Positions 1 to 9,446 of a stretch of DNA of 56,520 nucleotides are shown here, piece by piece. The notes beneath the pieces were generated by a model that did not search any database, was not told the origin of the DNA, and was given only the letters and a program-made list of their open reading frames with translations. The DNA is taken from the NCBI GenBank assembly GCA_963575745.1, contig CAUYUJ010000088.1, positions 62,001-118,520 of the forward strand, read 5' to 3'. This DNA is from Prorocentrum cordatum (lineage: Eukaryota). Position 1 is the first letter of the stretch. Every line of letters starts with the position of its first letter. Made by a program: the position numbers and the translations under genes.

Positions 1-560
1 CGATGTGCGCCGCGCCCCATTCCTGCCACGCATTTCGCATCGTCGACGACAAGACAGGCCATGATGAAAGGAAAAACGGCAACTCTGTATTGTTGTTTAC
101 AGTCAGGATGGGAGGGCCCGCGGCCCGCATGGACGTCCGCGCGCGATGTGCGCCGCGTCCCATTCCTGCCACATATTTCGCACCGTCGGCGACAAGGCAG
201 GCAACGGTGAGAGGAAAAAACTGAGATTTTTGATTGATTTTGTACAGTCAGGATGGGCGGGCCCGGATTGACGGCCGCGCGCGATGTGCGCCGCGTCCCA
301 TATGTGCGCCGCGTCCCATTGCTGCCACATATTTCGCACCGTCGGCGACAAGGCAGGCCATGCTGAGAGGACAAAACGAAGACTTTGTATTTATTTTTAA
401 CAGTCAGGATGGGCGGGCCCAAATTGACTGCCGCGCGCGATGCGCGCCGCGTCCCATTCCTGCCACGTTTTTCGCATCGTCGACGACAAAAAAAAACGAT
501 GTTGAACAGAAAAACGGCACTTTGTATTGATTTTTTGCAGTCCGGATGGGAGGTCCCGGA
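1..560. repeat. Diverged tandem repeat, ~140-155-bp unit, ~3.7 copies (runs off the window start)
   Basis: Core cgatgtgcgccgcg(t/c)cccattcctgccac...cgtc(g/a)cgacaa...cagtcaggatgggcgggccc recurs at ~1, 145, 282 and 438. Confidence 0.85.
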
Positions 561-1689
561 TCGGGTTCCTATCGGCCGGAATACGACGTAGGTGGGGGTA
601 TATAATAATAATTACCCTGCGACGTACCCAACCCACGTGCATCAAATGGCAAGAGGAGTATGCCAACATTAGCAGGAACGACGACAGTGTAGACGCGGCG
701 ATTTGCTGTGCAAGCTACATGGGATGCGCATGCGCTGCACGATTCACAGGACGACGATCGAAAGAACGAGGCTTGAGGCCCCAGGATCGAAGAAGAACGG
801 GCACGGGAACGAGGGGCAGGAGAGGGATGGAATGGAGGGCGGGGGGGGCGAAAGGCCATCGCGGAAGCAGCAGCATGCATGGAGAAGGTGAGGCGGGGAA
901 TAGGACGACGATGAAAGTGGCGGGAGGAGACAGAAGACTGCCGCGTTTTTCAAGTGCGAGCTAAACCCGCAGCGCTGCCTGCGCCATGTCGTCGCAGAGT
1001 TCCACATGATAAAACTTGTTTAGAGTGCAAGGAACGAGCGAGGCGTAGCTCGCCCGCTAGCTTCTCCGCCTCCTTCCCGCGCATTTCAGCGCGGGAGCTG
1101 AACGCTCGCAGGCGCGCCGCCAGGTTTGCGGGCGGCCCGCGGGAAAGAAACTCAAGGCCGGGGTCGCGTATCATCAATCGGTTGTCCATCGTCCAAAGTT
1201 GCACTGGCGACGTACTGGTTGAACGCGGAGCGAGCAGCATCACGCGCGTGCCTGAACGCCACGCAGGTACAGTGCACGCGCGATTGGGACTTCAGGTCGA
1301 TCACGCGCGTCTCCACCAGGCTTGGCAACACCACGCGACTGAGGATCTCACTGCGGTCTGCCATGCTGCTGTCCGCGAATGCAATGCGCTGCCTGCAAGT
1401 AAGGCGGCGGCGTCCACTTGTCTCAGAAGATGTTCCCGCGGGCCCGAAGGGCGACCGCCAGCTCGAGCCGCGGCGCCGGCAGGCCAGATAAGGATCATGC
1501 AACAGCAAAGACGATGACAGAGCAACGAGGTATCGGCGAGTGCATGACCGGCCTCCGTTTCCTGCACTTCTTTCCTGTAGTTCCCCTAGCTCATCGAGCT
1601 CAGCAGATGTTTCTGCGGGTCCGAAGGACGACCGCCAGCTCGAGTCGCGGCGCCACGCGGCACGAACCGTGGGGCAAGGGCACGCGAGC

Positions 1690-2554
1690 ATTGCTCGTGG
1701 TCAGAATCTGAGTCCCCGTGGTGCCTCACTCCGCTGGCCACCCACCAGCAGCCCTCGAAAGTGGCGACAGTTTCACAGATCGCAACCGCCCAGGGGTGGC
1801 GAGGTCGAATCTGAGTCCCCGTGGTGCCTCACTCCGCTGGACCCACCAGCAGCCTCGAAAGTGGCGACAGCTTCGCACAGGGATGGCGAGGTCTAATCTG
1901 AGTCCCCGTGGTGCCTCACTCCGCTGGACCCACCAGCAACCCTCGAAAGTGGCGACAGTTTCACAGATCGCAGCCCCCCAGAGACGGCGAGGTCTAATCT
2001 GAGTCCCCGTGGTGCCTCACTCCGCTGGACACACCAGCAGCCCTCGAAAGTGGCGACAGTTTCACAGATCGCAGCCCCCCAGAGATGGCGAGGTCTAATC
2101 TGAGTCCCCGTGGTGCCTCACTCCGCTGGACCCACCAGCAGCCCTCGAAAGTGGTGACAGTTTCACAGATCGCAGCCCCCCCCCAGAGATGGCGAGGTCT
2201 AATCTGAGTCCCCGTGGTGCCTCACTCCGCTGGACCCACCAGCAGCCCTCGAAAGTGGCGACAGTTTCACAGATCGCAGCCCCCCCCCAGGGATGGCGAG
2301 GTCTAATCTGAGTCCCCGTGGTGCCTCACTCCGCTGGACCCACCAGCAGCCCTCGAAAGTGGTGACAGTTCCGCAGATCGCAGCCCGCCAGGGATGACGT
2401 GAAAGGCAAGAGAAGAGAAGAGGAGGAGCGAAGAGAGGAGGAGAAGGCAAGCAAGAGAGGAGAGGAGGAGGGAAGAGAGGGGGGGGCGGGAGGAGGAGAA
2501 CGGAGACCGCAGTGCTCTATTCAAAACGAGTACCCAACGCAGGAGGGTTGGGAA
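1690..2554 (+). mobile_element. Putative non-autonomous satellite-carrying element, copy A: short left end, ~100-bp array, purine tract, terminal hairpin module
   Basis: Right end ctattcaaaacgagtaCCCAAC-gcaggagg-GTTGGGaa (2517-2554) matches the module at 42431-42471 that follows an unrelated array. Left end attgctcgtgg resembles attcctcggtgg at 41042. Confidence 0.55.
1705..2395. repeat. Tandem minisatellite, ~100-bp unit, 7 copies
   Basis: Units beginning aatctgagtccccgtggtgcctcactccgctgg at 1705, 1808, 1895, 1996, 2097, 2201 and 2305. Length varies mainly in a C-run, and copy 2 has a short deletion. Confidence 0.97.
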
Positions 2555-2759
2555 TAAGGAGCAAGGATAAACCCCTTCCCGACGGTGAAGAAGGAGGGGT
2601 GGAAGAGGAGGAAATTATCGAAACCACCTACGCCCCAAGGGCTGGTGGGATTAGAATGTTATCCCTTCTCCTCCTTTTATCCTCCTCCTCGTCATCCTCA
2701 TCCTACTCTTCGTGATCCTGCTCCTCCTCCTCCATTTCCTCCTGATCGTCGGCGTGGTC

Positions 2760-3249
2760 GTCGTCGTCATCATCATCGAAGCCATCATTTCACCATCAGC
2801 ATCATCATCATCAGCATCGTAATCATCATCATCACCACCATCATCAACCTCATCATCATCAGTAGCATCATCATCAACATCAGCATCATCATCAGCATCA
2901 TAATCAGCAGCATCATCATTAACGTAATCGTCATCAGCAGCAGCATCATCATTAGCATGATCATTACCATTCGCATGATCATTTCAGCATCAGCATCATC
3001 ATCATTCCCATCGTCATCATCATCATCATCATCATCATCATCACCACCATCATCATCATCATCCTGCTCCTCCTCCTCCTCGTCTTCATTTGCCTCCTCC
3101 TGCTCATGGCCCTCCATTTACTCCTTCTCCGCCTTCTTCTCCTCCTGCACTGTCCCATATGATTCCTCCTACTCCTACTCTGACCTCAGTCTCACCACCA
3201 TAATGGTCATCATAATCAGTTATGGCCATCGTCAAGAAAAACATCATCC

Positions 3250-3287
<38 letters not shown>

Positions 3288-3419
3288 GTCATCGTCATCA
3301 TCATCGTCATCGTCATCAGCAGCATCATCATTAAAATTATCATCAGAATCATCATCAGCATCATCATCATCGTCATCGCCACCACGACCAGAAACATCAT
3401 CATCAACAGCAGCATCATC

Positions 3420-3454
<35 letters not shown>

Positions 3455-3630
3455 TATTATTGTCGTCCTGCTCCTCCTCCTCTTCTTCCTTCGCCCCCTC
3501 CTGCTCCTGATCCTCCATTTCCTCCTCCTCCTTCTCCTCCTCCTGCACTGCCCCATATGATTCCTCCTCCTACTCTGACCTCCGTTTCACGACCATAATG
3601 ATCATCATAATCAGTTATCGTCAACAGCAA

Positions 3631-3683
<53 letters not shown>

Positions 3684-4013
3684 CCATCACCGTAAACCTC
3701 ACCATCATCACCATCATCATCATAATCATCACCATCATCATTATCATCATCATCATCGTCATCGCCACCACGATCATCATCATCATCTGCAGCATCATCA
3801 GCATTATCATTAGCATTGGTTTTCTCAGCGTCATCACCACCATCGTCATGACCATCGTCGTCATCACCATCATCATGATCAGCAGTATCATCACCGTCAT
3901 CATCATATCATCGGCAGCATCACCATCATCAGCAGCATCATCATCACCGTCATCGTCGTCATCGTCACCATCATCATCATCATCATCATCATCTTCATCA
4001 TCATCATAATCAT

Positions 4014-4067
<54 letters not shown>

Positions 4068-4155
4068 GATCATCAACATCAACATCACCTGAAGCATCAC
4101 CATACCACCACCATCACCATCACCATCACCATCACCATCACCATCACCATCACCC
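2760..4155. repeat. Degenerate (CAT)n/(CAC)n/(CCT)n low-complexity block with an internal ~400-bp-period duplication
   Basis: Read directly. The non-simple segment ctcctgcactg(t/c)cccatatgattcctcct...cataatcagttat occurs at ~3142 and ~3540. Confidence 0.95.
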
Positions 4156-4574
4156 TCCTCGCCATCCTCTTGTTTCTTTTCCATTTCCGCTCCCGCAGAG
4201 AGTGGTGAGGGTTGGCGGAGGCTTGGCTGCCACACCAGCGAGAACAAGCTTTTTTACTCGCAGCACGCCAACGGCATCATGGGGCTTGCCCCTTCGACCG
4301 GGTCGGCCTCGGCGGCCCCCGGCCCCGTGACATGCACGGGCAGATCAGGAGGGCGAATTGAGATAACGGTTGGACGCAGCTTGGAGAATTGGTGCCATTG
4401 GACCTTGGGAGGGGCTTTGGGACCTATTTTGAACTGCCGTTTCAAGTCGCCCTGCTCCGAGAAGGTTGGCAGGGTTGCGGGAGGAGGGCGAGGGGGAGGA
4501 AGAAGGGAGGACAAGGACGGGGGCTGAGGGGAGGGGGAAGGGGAGGGTAAGGGGGGGGAAGGGAGGGGGGGAAG

Positions 4575-4777
4575 GCAAGCTAGGTGCGCTCGCGTCATAT
4601 CTGACGTCCTACCCCTCCCTCCCATCCCTTACCATGGCGCTGATTTTCTCTATCCGCGGACGCGTGTCGTAGCGGACCTGTGGCTCCGCGCGCGCGTGCG
4701 TAGTGGGTGGTGGTGCACGTGCGTGCGTGCGTGTGCGTGGTTGTGGTGGTGGTGGTGGTGGTGGTGGTGGGTGGTGG

Positions 4778-4808
<31 letters not shown>

Positions 4809-5312
4809 GCTGGTGCTGGTGGTGGTGGGTGCTGGTGCTGGTGCTGGTGCTGGTGCTGGTGCTGGTGCTGGTGCTGGTGCTGGTGCTGGTGCTGGTGCTG
4901 GTGCTGGTGCTGGTGCTGGTGCTGGTGCTGGTGCTGGTGCTGGTGGGTGGTGGTGGTGGTGGTGGTGGTGGTGGCGGTGCGGCGCGGTGGTGGCGGGCGG
5001 ATGGGCGCGCGAGAAAAAGGCCCGCGCTGGGGCGAGAACGCCATCCTGAACGACGGAGGCCAAACACCGATCCGAAAATGAGGCCCACGCTGCAGCGGGA
5101 GCACGATTCGGAACGATTCGGGAGCAGAAATGAGGCCGGCGCCTCAACGAGAGCAGCATTTTGGGAAAAAATGACGCCGGCGCCTCAGCGAGAGTCGTTT
5201 CCCGGGATTTCCCGGGATCCTGTGTGTAAAAAAACAGTACGCGGAGGGCGCGCGGCCATCACCCGGACGCCATCAGGGGAAGAGGGAGAGTATTTTCATA
5301 TTGAGTAATTGT
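4575..5312 (+). mobile_element. Microsatellite-cored non-autonomous element, copy 1 (core (GGT)n/(GGTGCT)n)
   Basis: ~130-bp left arm (ggtgcgctcgcgtcatatctgacg...gcggacctgtggctccgcgcgcg) and ~320-bp right arm (ggcggatgggcgcgcgagaaa...cgccatcaggggaagagggagagta...aattgt) are shared with 27879-28781 and, inverted, with 31517-33518. Confidence 0.9.
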
Positions 5313-6224
5313 AGAAGGGGAAAGGGCAGGGGGGGGAAGGGAGAGGAGAAAGGAGGGGAAGGGCAGGGGGGGGGGAGGGGAAATGGGAGAGGGGAAGGGA
5401 GGGGGGGGTGAGCGGGAGCGGGGCTCGCAGCGGGAGCTGGAGCACCCCACGGCCCCCGCTTGGCTGCTCGGGCTCCGTCGCACGGGGGGCTAAGTGGAGG
5501 GGGCGGTCCCCAGTCGAAGGCTACCCCCACGACGTGTGTACGGCTCCCCACGCTTATAATTGGCGCCCAAAGCGGTTTCGCCCTTCAGGATCTCAGCTTC
5601 GGAATTTTTAGTGGTTTCGATGCCAAGCTGACGAGGGATCCCACGAGCATTTGTGTCTGTCTGTCTGTCTGGTTGTCTGTCTTCTCCCCTTTTTCCTACC
5701 TCCCCCGCCCCATTTCCAGAAGCATGCAGAACTTTCGGAAAGCCTGCAAACATAGCCAGCGACGTAATTTTGGTATCTTTCCCTTTGCGCCCGCCTCCCC
5801 ACACCTCGGACGTCACGATTCGTCGACGCGTGGCACCTGGACCCCGCGACCCCCCCCCGGGGACAGGTCCTCCATCCCAGACCATCTTCCAGGCAGGCTC
5901 AGGGCCCCATCAACGATCTGTCGTCTACGTACATACCGTCGAATCCGGGTCGCTGTGTCCCTCCCTCGAGCCAGTCTTCCCCACCCCTCGTCCGGCTCTC
6001 CCCTCGCCGGGGGTCTTGGTATTCGGCCTCCGCCCCCCCCCCCCCAAGAGCGGCGAGGGCCCGGCGAAGGGCGCCGCCGCGAAGGAGGGGCTCGGGGCGG
6101 CCGCGGCGGCGCCGGGAGGAGACGAACGGTGACGACGCCACGGCGATTGAACAAAGATATGCGGTGGGCTCGAGGAGGAAAGCGGAGAAATGCCTGGAAC
6201 AGGGGGAGGGAGAGGAAGATGGGA

Positions 6225-6490
6225 AGGTGGAGATGAGGAGGGTGATGGGGAGGCGGATGAGGATGAGGATGACAAGGAGGATGCTGCTGCTGCTGCTGCT
6301 GCTACTGATGCTTTAAATTGTGGTGGTGATGTTGATGCTGATGATGATGTTGGCGACGACGATGATGATGCTGAGGGTGAGGAGGGTGAGGCGGATGCTT
6401 ATGATAATGTTGTTGATGATGATGATGACGATACTGTTGCTGATGACGATGTTGATGATGCTGATGCTGCTGGTGAGGATGATCACGGTG
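6225..6490. repeat. (GAT)/(GCT)/(GAG)-rich low-complexity tract
   Basis: Read directly. Confidence 0.9.
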
Positions 6491-6595
6491 ACGATTCCGC
6501 AGCCATTATTGTTCAAGTAATTCTGGATCAAGCTTCAGCGCTACAACGTTTACTCCAGGCTCATCTCTCCGAGGAGAATTCATGGTGCCTTCGGG

Positions 6596-7204
6596 TTGTG
6601 GCCGGGCCCCCACACCGTCATCGGCCGCGCGCGTGGAGAAGGGCCCCTTGGTGCTACCCCCGTCACCGACTGTGCCGTCACGCGCCCCGTAGGTCTCCAG
6701 GGCACGCTTCTGCGGCTTTACATCGTGTTGGGCGTTGTGTCATTGCTAGTTTTAGTGTTGGTTGGATGGTTGGGGCGCGTGAGTGCAGAGCCGAGGAAGG
6801 TCGCCCGCATCAATGGTTTTGGCCCTGTTTTGAAGCGTTTGTACGGCTCGCACAGCTGCAGCGAAGAACCAGAGAACATGCATCCTCGCAGTGTGTACAA
6901 GGGCGTACTCTGGCTCATCGGCTACCACGAGGAGTACGAGTTGGAGGAGCAAGCCATCAGGGAAAGGACGGAGCGCGAAATTAGCCATTTCAGCGCGGCA
7001 TGGTTGCAGTCGAACGTTCACCTGTTGTTTGTGGCCACGCTATGCGTGCGGATTGGCTCCATGCAGGGCGTGTGGATGTGTGCTGTCTCCCGCGGCAAGC
7101 GGGGCAAAATCACACTTGGCGAGCAAGTCACCGTTGAAGTTCCGCTTGCAGAATTATTCCGCGGGCATATGATGGAACTCTTCACGGCCGCGTTCAACAT
7201 CTAA
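6596..7204 (+). CDS. Possible coding segment of unknown function with one hydrophobic helix (LYIVLGVVSLLVLVLVGWL)
   Basis: 202-codon non-repetitive ORF followed by an AT-richer tail and (TA)n. No family recognised and the start is uncertain. Confidence 0.3.
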   Translation: MWPGPHTVIGRARGEGPLGATPVTDCAVTRPVGLQGTLLRLYIVLGVVSLLVLVLVGWLGRVSAEPRKVARINGFGPVLKRLYGSHSCSEEPENMHPRSVYKGVLWLIGYHEEYELEEQAIRERTEREISHFSAAWLQSNVHLLFVATLCVRIGSMQGVWMCAVSRGKRGKITLGEQVTVEVPLAELFRGHMMELFTAAFNI

Positions 7205-7396
7205 GTGCTCATTGCCGATTGTTTTTTTTTGACGGTTGCTGAAAGCTTGGTTTCCTTGGGAACCTTGTTCGAGATTGGGAAAACCAATGTATATATATAT
7301 ATATATATAGTATCGTTTAGCTGTTGTGGTTTCGATCTGCAACAGCACCCCATCCCACTTCGCGCTTCTCTCCAGCATCCCTTCTCATCCACAGCC

Positions 7397-8437
7397 ATGG
7401 CGGCCAGCATGCCGAAGAAAGAGTGGCTCACCAAGATGCTGGCGGCACGCCAGGCACACACTGAACACGGCACCGAGTACCCCGGAGATCTCCTGAAGGA
7501 CCTGATGGCTTTCCCTTCTCGCCGGCAGGTGCTCGACACGGTGGTTGAGCAGGCGTCGGCCATACCGGTCGCACCCGAGCGCCTCATTGAGGCAATGGAC
7601 TCGGCGGGCGAGGCAGAACCGGAGCAGTTCGCACGGAGCGCGCGCCGCCGGCTGGACACGGCTGGTCACGCTCTTGCAAGCGGAGGACCCGCTGGAGCCA
7701 CAGTGGACTTCAAAGGAGACGGAAAAGGCATGGGCAAGGCGTCTGGGCCGGATGATGCCATGAGCGAGGAGATCGACCGCCTCGACGAGGTGGAGGTCAG
7801 GACGAGGCGCCTGCAGATCCAGGTGCATGGCTTGCAGGGAGTATTGCAGAAACTTGACACTGCGCATGCCGGTGTCCTGCTCCTCCGGCCGCGCGAGCGT
7901 GGCATCAAGCAGTTTCTCGACGAGGCCGAGAGCATCGTCAAGAAGCTCTCCCCGAATGATTTCTCGAAGGCATGGACCGGCGGCAGCTATGTTCTCGCGG
8001 AGCCCAAGATATGGAGTGAGAACCGCAATCTCCAGAACAAGCTACGTGATCTGCCCAAGCATACGGACTTGAAGGTGGTGATCACCGGAGGCCAGATGAA
8101 GAAGCTGGTGGACACCGTCCCCCAGGCATGCTATTCCGGTCTGCAGCGGGCGGGCATCGACCGCGCGACCATCAAGACCTACTGGGCGTACAGCGTCCAG
8201 AACCCGAACTTCAGCGTCCTGGTCAAGGACGCCGTCGCGGTCACGGGCCTCCTCGACGCCAGCGAGGCCATCATGAGCGTGTGCGTCCGCGACGCCAACG
8301 GCCAGGGCTTCAACGGGAAGGCGCCCATGGCCTTCTTGCAGGACAGGCTCAAGGACACCCCCTTCTTCTTCGACGCGGAGTTCCTCACCCAGGAGCACCC
8401 GCTGCAGGCCGCGGGCAAGCCCCCGCGCGGGCGCTGA
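7397..8437 (+). CDS. LINE ORF1 candidate, 346 aa, intact (helical N-terminus, KGxGKG linker, coiled coil, alpha/beta C-terminal region)
   Basis: ATG at 7397 lies 78 nt inside the left TSD. Strong GC3 bias, no frameshift, heptad-like EEIDRLDEVEVRTRRLQIQVHGLQGVLQKLD. The ORF1 role is inferred from position. Confidence 0.75.
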   Translation: MAASMPKKEWLTKMLAARQAHTEHGTEYPGDLLKDLMAFPSRRQVLDTVVEQASAIPVAPERLIEAMDSAGEAEPEQFARSARRRLDTAGHALASGGPAGATVDFKGDGKGMGKASGPDDAMSEEIDRLDEVEVRTRRLQIQVHGLQGVLQKLDTAHAGVLLLRPRERGIKQFLDEAESIVKKLSPNDFSKAWTGGSYVLAEPKIWSENRNLQNKLRDLPKHTDLKVVITGGQMKKLVDTVPQACYSGLQRAGIDRATIKTYWAYSVQNPNFSVLVKDAVAVTGLLDASEAIMSVCVRDANGQGFNGKAPMAFLQDRLKDTPFFFDAEFLTQEHPLQAAGKPPRGR

Positions 8438-9446
8438 CAGGCGCGCGCCGGTCTGGCAGACTTCCGGCGCCCCCTCTTTTCTTTTTCCTCTTCCCGCTCT
8501 CCCCATCGCTCCCCCCTCCCGCCCTCCTCCCCCCTCCGCCCTCCCTCCCCCCCTCTTTAATCGATCCGTCGCGGTGATTGGGCTCCATCCGGGGCCGCGA
8601 ATGGAGGGGGGGCGCCCTACTGACGTCGCTGAGCAGAGGCACCCTGCAGCTCCGGCGAATCTGGCGCAGGACAGCAGGGCAGGGCACGGCGGTCGCGGCG
8701 ATGCGTCTTCACCCGCCTCGGTCGTTCTTCCGCTGCACGGGAGACTTCAGTCCGAAAAGGAATCGCTCTCTGTCTTTGGTCACCCCCGCAGCCTTCCTCC
8801 TACCTTCTCTATTCCCCTTTTATTGCAATATCGTCGTGCACCCAGAGAGGCAGGGACAGGGACGAACACACGGGGGCCCCCGGACATCCTAGGGGATCAC
8901 GAGGTGTCAGAAACCATGCTGGAGCCCACTTGTGCCCCCCCCCTCGTCCTCGCCATTCCCCGCCATATTCTTTCTGATTGCGAACACAAAACCAAACTTT
9001 TGGGCCGTCCGGGGGGTGGGGCAGAAGCCCCGGCACTCCCCGAAGGACCGCGGACTCGGGCAGAAGCCCTCGCAGTCCGCACCACGCCCGCCGGGGGCGG
9101 GCAGAAGCCCAACCCTGGAACGCAATCGTCGCGCACGCAACAGTTACATGGGGTGGGTACCGTTACATGTGACACCTTCCGTGGTACAGCGGGTCGGCCG
9201 CGGGCTTCTGCCCAGCGGAGACCAAAACCCCGGAACCACACGCCCCTCCATGATGAGCAAGGCCGCAGCCGCAATGCGAATCGCGGCATAAGAAGCAGCA
9301 CGGCCGCACGAAAGCGAAAAGCCGCACGCGCCGAACAACGACGCATAGCACGCATTTCACATAGACAACGAGGGGCCAATTCTGCAGCACGTCTCTCAAG
9401 CCAACAGGATCGGGCTACGGCCCAGTATCCTTCCGCCGCTCCACCA

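Noticed and set aside
950..1420. Minus-strand coding-like fragments (also 4200-4480, 27400-27760, 29430-29870, 33627-33900 and plus-strand 55580-56340)
   Set aside because: Short, broken and without any motif I can recognise, so no call is supportable without a search.
1705..2395. CRISPR-like array
   Set aside because: The whole unit is repeated, with variation mostly in C-run length, so there are no spacers.
2585..4247. His/Met/Ile/Asp-rich proteins
   Set aside because: These are translations of (CAT)n microsatellite. The same applies to 6190-6530 and 42700-43300.
8574..9446. N-terminal extension of LINE ORF2
   Set aside because: The frame is open but Pro/Arg-rich with no domain. It is better explained as a structured spacer, although translation is not excluded.
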